A stretch of DNA of 64,000 nt from Eledone cirrhosa (GCA_964016885.1 OZ024741.1:296856001-296920000); one strand, 5' to 3'; numbered from the stretch's first letter, positions 38,317 to 52,662 are shown. The notes: a model not told the origin generated them from the letters alone. Numbers and translations are program-made.

Positions 38317-38927
38317 AAAACAAATAACGAAACGAAATTAAATTTTGTTTCGTTTGTAACTCACTTTTGTATGACTGACGCTTAAACAATTAAGTTCAAA
38401 ATGTACATCCACATATGTATACTGAAATACTAGTATGCATATGAATACACACACGTGTACATATGTAGATGTACCGAGTTTTTCACTGGAGTGAGTTACA
38501 AACGAAACAAAATTTAATTTCGTTTCGTTATTTGTTTTTATCGTCTCCGCTGAACCGGTACGTACTCACGCTCTATGCAAATTAGTCTGCCCACTACTAA
38601 TTTTCATAGAAAAAGCATATAACGATATGTGCTTTTACGATTCTCTAGAAAGGCCGGAAGATAGGTGAATATTGCTGATGAGATGTAACAACATCTAAAC
38701 TAGTCCAATATTCCTTGTCTGGCTTTCTGGAGAATAGAGGAAAGGTGTTTCCTCGAAAACCAGTATGACTCTAAAAACCGGTTTGTCTGTGTGTTTACAT
38801 ACAGAATAGCTGGACACTCACAGTAAAGTGTCCAGTGAAAAACTCGGTACATCTACATATGTACACGTGTGTGTATTCATATGCATACTAGTATTTCAGT
38901 ATACATATGTGGATGTACATTTTGAAC

Positions 38928-38933
<6 letters not shown>
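38314..38933. repeat. Doubly inverted element with central hammerhead
   Basis: 38314-38365 mirrors 38490-38541; 38388-38490 mirrors 38831-38933. Confidence 0.85.
38667..38713 (+). ncRNA. Minimal type I hammerhead with G12>U mutation, GUC site
   Basis: gaatattg-CUGAUGA-gatgt aaca acatc-UAAA-ctag-UC-caatattc. Confidence 0.75.
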
Positions 38934-39000
<67 letters not shown>

Positions 39001-39009
<9 letters not shown>

Positions 39010-39308
39010 TAAAACATGTCTATAGAATCACAAGATAAAATATATACTATTTCCTCTCCCAATTAGCATAATTAACTATATAAAAAATTGAATAGACCAA
39101 GCTATAAGAATGAGGCTTCTATGAAGAAATCTCCGACAAATAACCGAAACTAGCGCTTCGCGTCGGCCGTAGCGGAATATTTATCGAATATTTCGACAGC
39201 GTAATCGCCCAGAGATAGTCAACTAAACAGAATTAGGTGTAAAATAAACTAGGAGAAAATAGAATATATTTTATCTTGTGATTCTATAGACATGTTTTAT
39301 GATATATA
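39001..39308. repeat. Element with ~45-bp inverted ends
   Basis: tatcataaaacatgtctatagaatcacaagataaaatatata mirrors 39265-39308. Confidence 0.8.
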
Positions 39309-39505
39309 GCTCTGATTGTTTAATTTATTAATTTTTCATTGAGCCACAAAGTGACCAGTTGCAAAACACGTATATGTATATGTATGTATATATATATATG
39401 TAAACTTTTATATATATATATATGTATATATATATATACATATATATATACATATATATATACATATATATATATACATATATATATATATACATATATA
39501 TATAC

Positions 39506-39659
<154 letters not shown>

Positions 39660-39744
39660 AAAGTTATATTTAAAATTGTTGGGTTACAACTAGTAAATAT
39701 TTATAACTGATATAAAAGCACTCGACAAATATTTGGAGTATATT

Positions 39745-40119
39745 TACAATATTAAGTAAATGGAAACTATATTTATAAAACCATATTTATTTCATTATAT
39801 ATATTTCGGGGATATCATATTAACAATATGCTATGCCCTCCTCAGACAAAATACAATATAAACAGTTTTATAGATAAATAGATTCGACATACCGTTATAA
39901 CACCGACTTCCATTTGAAGAGGTTTAAGCTGGCAGCTTAAACCTCTTCAAATGGAAGTCGGTGTTATAACGGTATGTCGAATCTATTTATCTATAAAACT
40001 GTTTATATTGTATTTTGTCTGAGGAGGGCATAGCATATTGTTAATATGATATCCCCGAAATATATATAATGAAATAAATATGGTTTTATAAATATAGTTT
40101 CCATTTACTTAATATTGTA
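39745..40119. repeat. Perfect palindrome (186-bp arms, 3-nt loop) with a hammerhead in each arm
   Basis: Centre ttaagct-ggc-agcttaa. Confidence 0.95.
40011..40076 (+). ncRNA. Type I hammerhead ribozyme, intact core, AUA site (mirror copy 39788-39853 -)
   Basis: tattttgt-CUGAGGA-ggg..catatt gtt aatatg..cccc-GAAA-tatata-UA-atgaaata. Confidence 0.8.
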
Positions 40120-40393
40120 TATATATATATATATATATGAATTTAATAATAATAATATGGATTTAAATAAATATGATATTTATTTTAAAACTTTTCTTTA
40201 ACAACCTATAAAGAAACATTATCATATGTACAGCTTATGCACTTCTATGGACAATTTATCATTTTACCAACAAGTCAATCATGTAAGCCACGCCCCTGAT
40301 GAGATGGCCAATTCACTGCAAGTAGTTTTCTCAACAGTCTGGAATTAGCTGTCAGTGTGTGTATGTATGTATACACACACATATATATATATA

Positions 40394-40755
40394 TCATCAT
40401 CATCATTATCATTTCATTTTACGTCCGCTATTTCCCTGCTTGCAAGGGTGGGTCGGGAACTGATTCTGGCTTGATTTCTACAGCTGGATGCCCTTCCTAA
40501 CACCAACCTCATTTACAGTGAGTGCTGGGTGCTTTTTTTCCGTGGCGCCTACACGTCCACTTTACAGTGTGGACTGGGTGCTTTTTTGCCATGGCACCTC
40601 CACGACCACTTTGCAGTGGAATGATATGGACCCCATTCCCTATCACCTCATTTCTACAGCTGAGTAAACTGGAGCAATGTGAAATAAAGTGTCTTGCTCA
40701 AGGAAACAACACATCACCCAGTCTGAGAATTGAACTCAAAACCACTAAGCCATAT
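40394..40755 (-). mobile_element. tRNA-derived SINE with RTE-A tail (internal duplication, head deletion)
   Basis: Homologous to 53633-53980. Confidence 0.85.
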
Positions 40756-40781
40756 TATATATATTATATATATATATATTA

Positions 40782-40969
<188 letters not shown>

Positions 40970-41002
40970 CTGTATGTATATCTATATGTATGTGTGTTTG
41001 TG

Positions 41003-41033
<31 letters not shown>

Positions 41034-41062
41034 AGTATATATATATATATCTGTATCTATAG

Positions 41063-41099
<37 letters not shown>

Positions 41100-41193
41100 A
41101 TCTATATGTTTGTGTATATATATATATATATATGTATGTATAGTATAAATATATATGTATGAATATATATATATGTATATGTATGAATATATG

Positions 41194-42258
41194 TTACATG
41201 TGGCCGGTGCTCTGGTGCAATAAGTAGCAGCAAGTGCCCACAAAATACTAGCTCTTTCAATTGCGCAGAGGGTTCTATAGAAATAGTGGACAGCTTCCGT
41301 TACCTGGGTGACAAAATCAGCAGTGGGGGAGGGTGCTCGGAAAGTACAGTAGCTAGAGTCAGAACTGGATGGAAAAGGTTCAGAGAGCTTATACCACTAT
41401 TAGCCGCTAAAGGGTTCTCCCTAAAAATGAAAGGCAGGCTGTATGATGCCTGCATACGAACAGCAATGTTGCATGGCAGTGAGACCTGGGCATTGTGTGC
41501 AGAGGATATACGCAGACTAGAGAGGAACGAAGCTTGCATGCTCCGCTGGATGTGTAATAGTAATATACGTGAACGGCAAAGCATAAACGAACTAAGGGAA
41601 AAATTAGAAATAAGAGGGATCAGATGTTGTTTACTCGAGAGAAGGCTACGTTGGTATGGTCACGTGATGCGCATGAAAGACGACAGCTGTATAAAAAAGT
41701 GCAGGGCAATAAAGATAGACGGTAGCCACGGAGTAGGCAGACCCAGAAAAACCTGGGACGACCTGATAAATTCCGACCTCACACACTTACACCTCACCAA
41801 GACAATGTCACTGGACCGAGACCTTTGGCGGTACTCAGTAATAGAGAAGACCCGCCTTACCTAAATACAAAGTAAAACCTACTACAGTCAGTAGGCATCT
41901 CTAACAAAATACACCACCGTCCCACCACCCCCACCCCATCCACGCCGCCCCTTTCAATGTAAAGTTATGTTGGTGCCACAACATCCAGGCCGAATCAAAT
42001 GAGATCGTGTAGGTGTCACGACAAAAAAACACACAGTCCACGCTGTAATGTGGCCGTGTAGGCAACACGGTAAAAACCTCCCAGTCCCACACTGTAAATG
42101 TGGTTGGTGTTAGGAAGGGCATCCAACTGTAGAAAACCCGCCAGACAGTCCTATGCGAGCAAGACAACCACTCTTGCCTCAAGTGGGAAAACTCCTGTCC
42201 AAACCCATGCAAGCGTGGAACATGGACGTTAAACGATGATGATGATGATGATGATGAT
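41194..42258 (+). mobile_element. RTE family B 3' fragment
   Basis: ORF 41286-41864, UTR, (GAT)n. Confidence 0.92.
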
Positions 42259-42506
42259 ATATATATACATATATATAAGCATGTATATGTATATATACAT
42301 ATATATAAGCATGTATATATATATATATATGTGTGTATGTATATATATGCATGTATGTATGTATATATACATATATATATATATGTAGGTATATATATAT
42401 ATGCGTATGAATAAATATATATATATATATATATATAAGCATGTATATATATATGTGTGTATGTATATATATGCATGTATGTGTGTATATATACATATGT
42501 GTAGGT

Positions 42507-42838
42507 ATCATCATCATCATCATCATCATTTCATTTTACGTCCACTTTTCCGTGCTTGCAAGGGTGGGACGGGAACTGATTCTGGCTTGGTTTCTACACC
42601 AACCTCATTTACAGTGAGTGCTGGGTGCTTTTTTGCCGTGGCACCTCCACGACCACTTTGCAGTGGAATGATATAGACCCCCAGCCCCTATCATCTCATT
42701 TCTACAGCTGAGTAAACTGGAACAATGAGAAATAAAGTGTCTTGCTCAAGGAAACAACACATCACCTGGTCTGAGATTTGAACTCACAACCTTTCGATTG
42801 CAAGGCCAATGCTCTAACCACTAAGCCATGTGCCTCCA
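42507..42838 (-). mobile_element. tRNA-derived SINE with RTE-A tail
   Basis: Homologous to 53633-53980. Confidence 0.85.
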
Positions 42839-42859
42839 TTAGCCATGTGCCTCCATTAT

Positions 42860-43042
42860 ATGATTGGCAGTATCAGTAGAGGGTCGGACGCCATGCTTTC
42901 CAGCATAGTTACGTCCCTTTACGATCTGAGTTCAAATCCCGCCGAGGTTGACTTTGCCTTTCATCCTTACGGGGTCGATAAAATAAAGTACCAGTAATGC
43001 ACTGGGTAATTGCTGGCCTTGTGCCTAAAGTAGAAACAATTA
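42860..43042 (+). mobile_element. CORE-domain SINE
   Basis: gagttcaaatccc B box; gcctttcatccttacggggtcgataaaataaagtaccag CORE-like segment. Confidence 0.8.
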
Positions 43043-43059
43043 TATATATATGCGTATGA

Positions 43060-43135
<76 letters not shown>

Positions 43136-43312
43136 ATGTATATATATATATGTATATCTATATATATATGTATATGTATATATATATATGTGTGTATAAG
43201 TATATATATATATGTATAAGTATATATATATATAAGTATGTATAAGTATATATATATATATATATGTATAAGTATATATATATAAGTATATATAAGTATA
43301 TATATATATATA

Positions 43313-45354
43313 AGTTAACCAAGTCGTACAGAATGGGGTTGTTCCGAAGGACTGGCATAGCAGCATCATCGTTAACTGTTATAAGGGTAAAGGAGACGCC
43401 CTAGATAGGAGTAACTATAGAGGCATTAAATTAATCGACCAGGTCATGATGGTCACGGAAAAAGTAATAGCGCAACTAATCAGAGAGAGAATTGACCTAG
43501 ATGAAATGCAGTTCGGGTTTGTGTCAGGCAAAAGTACCACAGACGCTCTTTTCATAGTACGACAACTACAGGAGAAGTACCTAGCTAAAGGTAAACCCCT
43601 CTACTTAGCTTTTGTCGACTTGGAGAAAGCCTTCGACAGAGTCCCCCGCTCCATTATCTGGTGGGCTCTTAGAAAACTAGGCGTTGACGAATGGCTTGTG
43701 AGGGCTATACAAGCCATGTATAAAGAAACAGTCAGCAAGGTTAGAATTAACAACGAATATAGTGAAGAGTTTAGCGTAAAAGTTGGCGTCCATCAGGGCT
43801 CTGTTCTCAGTCCACTACTATTTATTATTGCCCTTCAGGCTATAACAGAGGAGTTCAAGACAGGCTGCCCATGGGAACTCCTATACGCAGACGACCTGAC
43901 ACTCATAGCGGAATCAATGGCCGAGCTAGAGAAGAAATTCCAAACATGGAAGCACGGCCTAGAGTCAAAAGGACTTAAAATTAACCTGGCTAAGACCAAA
44001 GTACTAGTTTGTAGGAAAGAAAACAAGGCGGCGGTCCCTTCTGGGAAATGGTCGTGCTCGGTGTGTAGGAAAGGCGTAGGTAGAAACTCCATTTTATGTC
44101 CTAAATGCAAAGTATGGGTGCATAAAAGATGTAGGGGGATCACAGGTAAGCTAACTAAGAACATAGATTTTACATGTGGCCGGTGCTCTGGTGCAATAAG
44201 TAGCAGCAAGTGCCCACAAAATACTAGCTCTTTCAATTGCGCAGAGGGTTCTATAGAAATAGTGGACAGCTTCCGTTACCTGGGCGATAAAATCAGCAAT
44301 GGGGGAGGGTTCTCTGAAAGTACTGTAGCTAGAGTCAGAACTGGTTGGAAAAAGTTCAGAGAGCTTATACCACTATTAGCTGCTAAAGGGTTCTCACTAA
44401 AAATGAAAGGCAGGTTGTACGATGCCTGCATACGAACAGCAATGCTGCATGGCAGTGAGACCTGGGCATTGTGTGCAGAGGATATACGCAGACTAGAGAG
44501 GAACGAAGCTTGCATGCTCCGCTGGATGTGTAACAGTAATATACGTGAACGGCAAAGCATAAACGAACTAAGGAAAAAATTAGAGATAAGAGGGATCAGA
44601 TGTTGTTTACTCGAGAGAAGGCTACGTTGGTATGGACACTTGATGCGCATGAAAGTCGATAGCTGTATAACAAAGTGCAGGGCAATAAAGATAGACGGTA
44701 GTCACGGAATAGGCAGACCTAGAAAAACCTGGGACGAGCTGATAAACTCCGACATCACACACTTACACCTCTCCAAGACAATGTCACTGGACCGAGACCT
44801 TTGGCGGTACTCAGTAACAGAGAAGACCCGCCTTACCTAAATATATAGTAAAACCTACTCCAGCCAGTAGGCATCTCTAACAAAATACACCCCGTCCCAC
44901 CACCACCACCCCCACCCCATCCACACCACCCCGTTCTATGTAAAGTTATGTTGGTGCCGCGCCATCGAGGCCGAAACAAATGAGATCGTGTAGGTGTCAC
45001 GACAAAAAAACACACAGTCCACGCTGTAATGTGGCCGTGTAGGCAACACGGTAAAAACCTCCCAGACCCACACTGTAAATGTGGTTGGTGTTAGGAAGGG
45101 CATCCAGCTGTAGAAAACCCGCCAGACAGTCCACGCTGTAATGTGGCCGTGTAGGCAACACGGTAAAAACCTCCCAGACCCACACTGTAAATGTGGTTGG
45201 TGTTAGGAAGGGCATCCAACTGTAGAAAACCTGCCAGACAGTCCTATGCGAGCAAGACAATCACTCTTGCCTCAAGTGGGACTACCCCCGTCCAAACCCA
45301 TGCAAGCGTGGAACACGGACGTTAAACGTTGATGATGATGATGATGATGATGAT
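43313..45354 (+). mobile_element. RTE family B, young 5'-truncated copy (intact RT + PHD frame)
   Basis: ORF 43446-44840 almost identical to 62585-63979; duplicated UTR segment; (GAT)n. Confidence 0.95.
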
Positions 45355-45467
45355 ATGTATAAGTATATATATATATATAAGTATGTATAAGTATATATAT
45401 ATATATGTATATAAGTATGTATATGTATATAAGTATGTATATGTATATATATATATATATATATATT

Positions 45468-47530
45468 ATCATCATCATCATCATCATCATCATCATTTTA
45501 TGTCCGCTTTTCCCTGCTTGCAAGGGTGGGACATGTCCTATGCAGGACAGCATCTCTCCATTTGTCACAGTCCTTCGTCATCTCCTCCGTGAGCATCAAC
45601 GATCGAGGTCTGCTCTCACCAACTCCGCCCATGTTTTTTTGTGGTCTTCTTCTACTGTGTCTTCCTTCTACTGGCATTTCTTGGCACTTCTTTATCCAGC
45701 TGTCATCCTCCAGGTGCATCACATGTCCATACCATCTCAGTCTTCTCTCCCGCACTTGGTTGTTCTTGCCCATTGGCATTGCACATCCAATGCAGCATGC
45801 TTGCTTCATTTCTCTCCAGCCGTCGCATATCCTCTGTAGTTGCTGCCCATGTCTCACTACCATGCAACATCGTGCATCTCACACAGGTATCATATAACTG
45901 GCCTTTCGTACGCAAGGAGAAACCCTTCTTTGTCAGCAGAGGAAGCAGCTCCCTAAACTTCTTCCAACCCGTCCTTATTCTAGATTCTATGGCCTCAGAA
46001 CACCCCCTTCCCATGCTAATCTGATCGCCTAGGTACCGGAAGCTATCAACCACTTCTATAGAACCCACCTGCATTTGAAAAATGTGTCTATCACTGCTAC
46101 TTCTACTGTCAAATTTCCCTGTACATCTACTGCATACATATTTCTCCCTACCTGTTAGTTTGCCTGCTATCCCATTACATCTCTTGTGTACCCAAGATCT
46201 GCATTATGTACATTATATAGAATTTATGCCAGTTCCTTTTCTACATATCGAACATGGCCATTTCCCTAATGGAATCAGTGTGTTGTCCTCTTTTCTACTT
46301 ATCAACACGTTTGTCTTAGCTATGTTCACTCTCAGTCCTCTTGATTCTCACTGCTGTTTCCATAGCCAGAATTTATTCTCTAGCTCCTCTACTGATTCTG
46401 CTATAAGAACCAGATCGTCAGCATAGAGAAGTTCCCATGGGCAACCAGTCTTAAACTCCTCTGTTATGGCTTGGAGGACTATAATGAACAAGAGCGGGCT
46501 GAGGACCGAAACCTGATGAACTACTTGTATCTGGAATTCCTCACTAAACTCCATTCCTACCCTCACTTTACTGACAACAGCTCTGTACATAGCTTGCACT
46601 GTCCTCACAAACCATTCCTCTATACCTAATTTCCTTAGGGACCACCAGATGACAGATCGGGGTACCCTATCAAAGGCCTCCTCTGGGTCAACAAAAGCTA
46701 AGTATAGTGGCTTATTCTTCTCTAAGAACCTCTCTTGTAGTTGTCTCAGTAAGAACACGGCATCTGTTGTACTTTTCCCAGGCACAAAACCAAACCGCAT
46801 ATCATCTTATTTGGCCCTTTCTCTAATTAGTTGCGCTAATATTCTCTCTGCCACTTTCATAACCTGATCCATCAGTTTTATGCCCCTTTAATTGCTCCAC
46901 TCCAGAGCATCCTCTTTACCTTTATAGCAATTTATGAGAATACTGCTGCACCAGTCTTTGGGTATGACACCGCCATATATAGCTTGTTTGATGATGCGTG
47001 CATCCAGTTTAGTGCCTACTTCTGATGCCTTCAGCATCTCAGCAACTATCTCCGGCGGTCCATTTTTCATTTCCTTAATTGCCTCTTGGACCCTATATTT
47101 TTCAATCTCAATAGCTTGTCCCTCTGTCGGGTCTTCTGGGGGAAATTTCTCTCTCTCCCATTCGTTCTCCACATTCATCAGTCTCTCGTAATGACATTTC
47201 CAGGCCTCCTTTTTCTGATCATTCGTGACACTAAGTACACCGGCATCATTCCGGACACACTCATCTCCAACAACATCCTGATTTACACTGACGCACTGCT
47301 TCGCTATGCGGAACAACGCACGTCTCTGATCTTCCCATCGCAGAACATTAGCAAACATCCTACTATCAGCCTCCCTGCGTGCTAAGTACACCTGACGTCC
47401 AGCTTCTCTCTTAGCGGCTGTGTATCTGTCTCTACTCCCACCATTTTTCCAAGCGTTCCATGCTAGCCTTTAGTCTCTAATGGCCCTAAATTTATATTTC
47501 AGTGAAAGGTCTTTTAGCTTCCAGACCTTT
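45468..47530 (-). mobile_element. RTE family A, decayed copy
   Basis: Fragmented ORFs homologous to 1795-3575, tail-to-tail with the family B copy. Confidence 0.9.
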
Positions 47531-47582
47531 CTTTTCCACACCTTCCTGTATATATATATATGTGTATATAGCAGGGACACTG

Positions 47583-47819
47583 TGTTGTATGAATATAACA
47601 GGACACTCGGTTGTATGTACAATGTTTATTTAACAAGGTTGAGTTGTGTAGAGCAGAATAGTTGACATGCCAAGAGAGATGAAAGGATGAATTAAAGTTA
47701 GTTGTATTACCGTTTTGAAGTCAGCTCGCATTAGACCAAGAGGCCTTTACATTACCATATTCAGGTTGCCAGAGAGTAGAGCCTCGGCGAACGCGCCTGG
47801 CCGAAGGGCCAGGCAGGTT

Positions 47820-47857
<38 letters not shown>

Positions 47858-48480
47858 CTTTCAGCTATCTCCTTTATAGGGTCCCTGGACGGAAGTGACA
47901 AAGAAGGTTCTGCCACCTCAACGGGAAGTAACTCCAGCTACTTCCTGTCTAGAGAGCGCTACTGGTGATAAGGGAGGCAACTCTTGCTACATTATCCCCT
48001 GCCAGATTTTTAAAACATAAAAATCGAATCAACCACGTATGAAGTAAGATGGCGAGCATGTAACACCAAAGTACAGGCATGAAAATTACAAAAAAAATAA
48101 TGTTTGCGATAAAAGCAAAACAGCAAAATATAAGCATGCAAAAATCAATGATAGATATCAAGGTAGCCAACCGCTCTTCGCCAGAGAACGACTGGACATC
48201 TATCTATCCATCACACAAAGATACAATGTAATCAAAAGAAGAGGTCAAAGGAGCAAAGAAACGTGCTCGAACATAACCATAAACAAAGTTCAAATGTTCA
48301 AAATACAGTTCACAGGTGACAGCAGGAAAGAAAGTGTGTCCTCAAGAGAATATATGAAGGTGGTTTCTGGACTGTGGTACAACATGAAATTCCCAACCTC
48401 CGAAGGGATTTTCTCACAGGAAGAGTGCTGCAAAAATAAATTCTCTGTGTTTTGGTTGTTGATAAAGCAAAGATGAAGCT
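47583..48480 (-). mobile_element. Possible LTR-retrotransposon 3' remnant (LTR ~47583-47991 plus upstream internal piece)
   Basis: Minus strand: purine tract aggggataa then TGTAGC...CAACA, with cctataaa and aataaa inside; no TSD seen. Confidence 0.35.
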
Positions 48481-48869
48481 GGGTTGTTGTTGTCTCGCGG
48501 AGTGAGCCTATTCGGTGTTGTTTCCGTTCACAGTAAAAAGTTTCCCAGAAAAAATGAGTTATTGTTGTCTCGCGGAGTGAGATAACTCTTTCAAAGTTGT
48601 TTCGATTCACAGTAAAAAGTTTCACACTTAGGGTTTTCTCTCTTTCTCTTTCTTTTCTTTTGTTTTTCTTTCGTTCTTTCTTTTTCCTTTTCTTTTTTCC
48701 CTATTCCAACGGCTTAATTTAAATGTATGGGAGTTAAACCTTTCCGACACTAATTTGCATAATAAACCAATAATAGAATTAGTAACCTCACTATCCGGAA
48801 GCTTCCAACCGACATGGTCGCATTCTTTAAGGGTATATCAATATTTGTTTAGAAAACTGATCTATATTA

Positions 48870-48934
48870 TATTTTATCTGATGAAAGCGCACCATAATTT
48901 GCTTTGGTGTCCTTGAAATATGTATAATGAAATA
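48870..48934 (+). ncRNA. Type I hammerhead ribozyme, intact core, AUA site
   Basis: tattttat-CUGAUGA-aagcgcacca..tggtgtcctt-GAAA-tatgta-UA-atgaaata; downstream 40 nt shared with 40069-40119. Confidence 0.8.
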
Positions 48935-49328
48935 AATATGGTTTTATAAATATAGTTTCCATTTGTTAATATATTGTATATATATATGTATTAAAAGGTA
49001 AACAGAAATAACAACGCAATCGATACAGTATATGGAAGGTATATATTAGGTTAACGCTTGAAATAGCAGGAAGAGAGTCTTAACATTTCGTACGCAAGTC
49101 CTTCATCGGAAAAAAGAATGAGAAATTAGAAAGATTGAAGGGATGGGTGGGGTGGAATTGGAAATATACATACATATATATGTATAGGTATATATATATA
49201 TATATGCATACATATATATGTATATATAGGTGTATATATATATATATGCATACATATATATGTATATGTGTATATATATACATATATTTATATGTATATG
49301 TGTATATATATATACATATATATATATA

Positions 49329-49370
<42 letters not shown>

Positions 49371-49542
49371 CATATATATATATGTATATGTGTATATATA
49401 TATACATACATAGATATATATATGTATATGTGTATATATATATATATATATACATACATATAAATATGTACATGTGTATATATATATATATATATACATA
49501 CATATATATATATATATGTATATGTGTATATATATATATATA

Positions 49543-50284
49543 TATGAAAAAGTGAGTCCTCATCAGTGACCCTCCAACCGTCCTCGGCATTTCATCGCTT
49601 TAAGGGCCATATGCCTCAGGTTGGTGCGAACAACGGCTAAAAAAAGTCGTTGGGACACGTAAATAAAGGGGGACATTAGAGTAACAACAAAAGGGTTATA
49701 GCAACGGAAAGTGAGTAGAAATAGACAAGTCCCAGATCTCTATGAATATAAACTCTGTGAAATCGTGAACAAGAGACGAAAGACCATCGAACCTGGTAGA
49801 AATGTGAGCAAGGAAAGAATTTCGCCCAAGTTCGACAGGGGGGAAAAAGGAGAGAGAGAGAGAGAACGAAAACTGGTCTACGAATTCGGTAAACGCAAGT
49901 TTTGTGAAGTCGCAGACGAAAGAGAGAGAGAAAAAAAATTATTACCAGCTCGGTCAAGACTGCGCGAGAAAAGAATTACACACAGGTCAAACTTGAAGGA
50001 GGAGGAGGAAAGAGGAGGAGGAGAGGTAGTGACAGAGAATGAGTGAGTGAAAGTTGAGGAGAGGGTAACAGAGAGAGAGAGACTGCTAAAAGTGGTAGAG
50101 ATACAAGGAACGAAACAGACAGGCAGCATGGAAAGTATATGTGTAAATATGGTGATAATGGAGCTGTGGCGTTGCAAATGGGATACATATGAAAAAGTGA
50201 GTCCACATCAGTGACCCTCCAACCGTCCTCGGCATTTCATCGCTTTAAGGGCCATATGCCTCAGGTTGGTGCGAACAACGGCTA
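49543..50284. mobile_element. Non-coding element bounded by ~95-bp direct repeats
   Basis: 49543-49639 ~ 50188-50284; purine-rich interior; embedded in (TA)n. Confidence 0.7.
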
Positions 50285-50335
50285 TATACATATATATATA
50301 TGTATATGTGTATATATATATATATACATACATAT

Positions 50336-50389
<54 letters not shown>

Positions 50390-50420
50390 GTGTATATATA
50401 TATATATATGTGTGTGTGTG

Positions 50421-50492
<72 letters not shown>

Positions 50493-50497
50493 TGTGT

Positions 50498-50542
<45 letters not shown>

Positions 50543-50549
<7 letters not shown>

Positions 50550-52140
50550 ATACTTTGGGAGGGTCATGTTGCCAATAAGAAACACACGGACCAGTTGCTT
50601 TCACTTCAATTTATTATAATAAATTTATAAATTTATAAATTTCTGGTTGGTTGGTTGGTTCCACAACCAGATAGTTGTTTATATATTGTCATAGTTCTTT
50701 CGTCACACACTCTGTGACCTCTTCAGTGACTGGGGATTCCTTTCTTTGTTTTTGTGTCTCTCCTTTGTTCTGTCCTACGCCATTTTGTTTCTGTGTGTGT
50801 GTTGTGTGCTCAGTCTGCGCATGCGCCACATCCGGGTGTCTGTGTGTGTTTATGTTCATTTATTTATTTGTTTATTTACATGTTACTGGTTGGTTGTTTG
50901 TTCTATGTGTGTGTGTGTTTTCATTTTGTCCTTAATTGTAAGTTGTGATGTTGCTGTTCCACTCATATTTTCTATTTAATTTTGGTTGTAATTCTTTTAT
51001 GTTTATTGCCTCTGTGATTTGTCTAAACATTGCGTCTTTTCTGTGTGTAGATTCTATTTTTATTTCTATGTTCTCTAATTTACCCTTGTGTTCTATTTTA
51101 GCATGTTGGTAGAGTACAGATGATTCTTTACTATCTTGAAGGTCTCGCCAGTGTTCACTTATCCGTTCCCCTACACTACGAGCTGTCTCACCTATGTACA
51201 CTATATTTTTGTCTCTACATTGTCCTTCAGTACATCTTATGCTATACACTACATTTCTAGTTTTATAGTTAATATGGGGGCTTATTTTACAGGTTATACA
51301 TTTCTTATCTATACATGAGGGTCTTTGAAAAAGGTATGTCTTGCTAATAAGTGTTTTTACGGAGGTACCTGGTCTTTCTACTATCTTAATATTGAGTTTA
51401 TGTTTATCTAGGGCCCTTCTAAATTTGTAAGCTAATTCACCTCTAGGGGTTGTATCGATGAACATTACACTCTGGTATTTATTGCTATCATACCATGAGT
51501 TTATTCTATTAGCCTTGTTCCTAGTTCTTTCTATTCTATTCCAAAATTTGCTCCTATACAAGGGGCAGGTCCCATTTATGTCATTATTTACCATTTTTTC
51601 CCATTTGGTTCTGGCTCCTCTATACACTCTGATTTTATCTCTCTGATTGTAGCCAGAGAACTGCATACGGTGGATGAAGTGTTGTATGTGTCTCTCTAGT
51701 TCTTCGGGGTTGCACATGCAGGACACGTTTCTCATCACCCGTACCAAATCCGCAATCAGTATGTTGATTTTGGTATGGTCCGAAACGACCGAGTTTCGGT
51801 GGATCAGATGTTTGGAAGTCATGGGTTTGGCATAATGGGAATGGAGGATTTGTTTTTTGTTATTAATGGTATCTAACCAGAGCTCTGTGTCTAGAACAGG
51901 TAATCTATGGTTGGGGTGTTTACTTGGGTAGTCTATAGTAACTCTAATGCTCTGGTGGATGGAGTTAGCTATTTGCTGGATGCTTTCCATTGAGTTTTTC
52001 TCTAGTTCCTGACTGTTCTCTAGTGGGGGTGTCTTAACTACGATGTTTATATCATCAACGTAGCGGGAGTACATTATCAGGGTTAAGGGGTCTTCTAATT
52101 GTTCTTTAAGTTTAAGTTTAAGTCTACTGTCCCACCAGAG
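50543..52140 (-). mobile_element. Penelope-like element, second family, 5'-truncated, open RT C-terminus + GIY-YIG
   Basis: ORF 50932-52140 (YSRYVDD, VVYSIRC, YIGETARS); UTR homologous to 10855-11357. Confidence 0.92.
50688..50730 (-). ncRNA. Minimal type I hammerhead in PLE 3' end
   Basis: Minus strand: gtca-CUGAAGA-g-gtcaca gagtg tgtgac-GAAA-gaac-UA-tgac. Confidence 0.8.
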
Positions 52141-52150
52141 TAGGATGATG

Positions 52151-52198
<48 letters not shown>

Positions 52199-52631
52199 GG
52201 GAGTAAGAGGAGTAGGAAAGGAGAGAATAAAGTATGTAAAGAGGGTGGCAATGAGAATGATGTGAAGGATGCAGAGAAAGAAGGAGTTAGGAGGGAAGAG
52301 ATAGCCGGCAAGCATAATGGGAGGTGTGTCTATGAGGGTGGGTGTGGTTGTGGGAGTAACAGTGTGGTGGAGATAAGGAAGGTATACATTGTGGTGTTTG
52401 AAGATGGGGACAGGGAAAATTTAGTAAGAGTGACTAGATGGGCGATAGAAAAAATACCAAGGGTTCAGTGAAAAATAGAAATTTGAAGTGTAACAGTTGA
52501 ATAGAAAAAAATAAAAGATAAAAAAGATTAAAAAAATAATCAGTTAAAAACAAAATACAAAACGTTAGTTGTAATGATGAACATGATATAAATATAAATA
52601 AATACATACATATATATACACACACACACAC

Positions 52632-52662
<31 letters not shown>

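Noticed and set aside
40288-40360. Hammerhead candidates at 40295, 39118, 49085(-), 57198
   Set aside because: Core halves or stem I too degenerate to call individually; at most relics.
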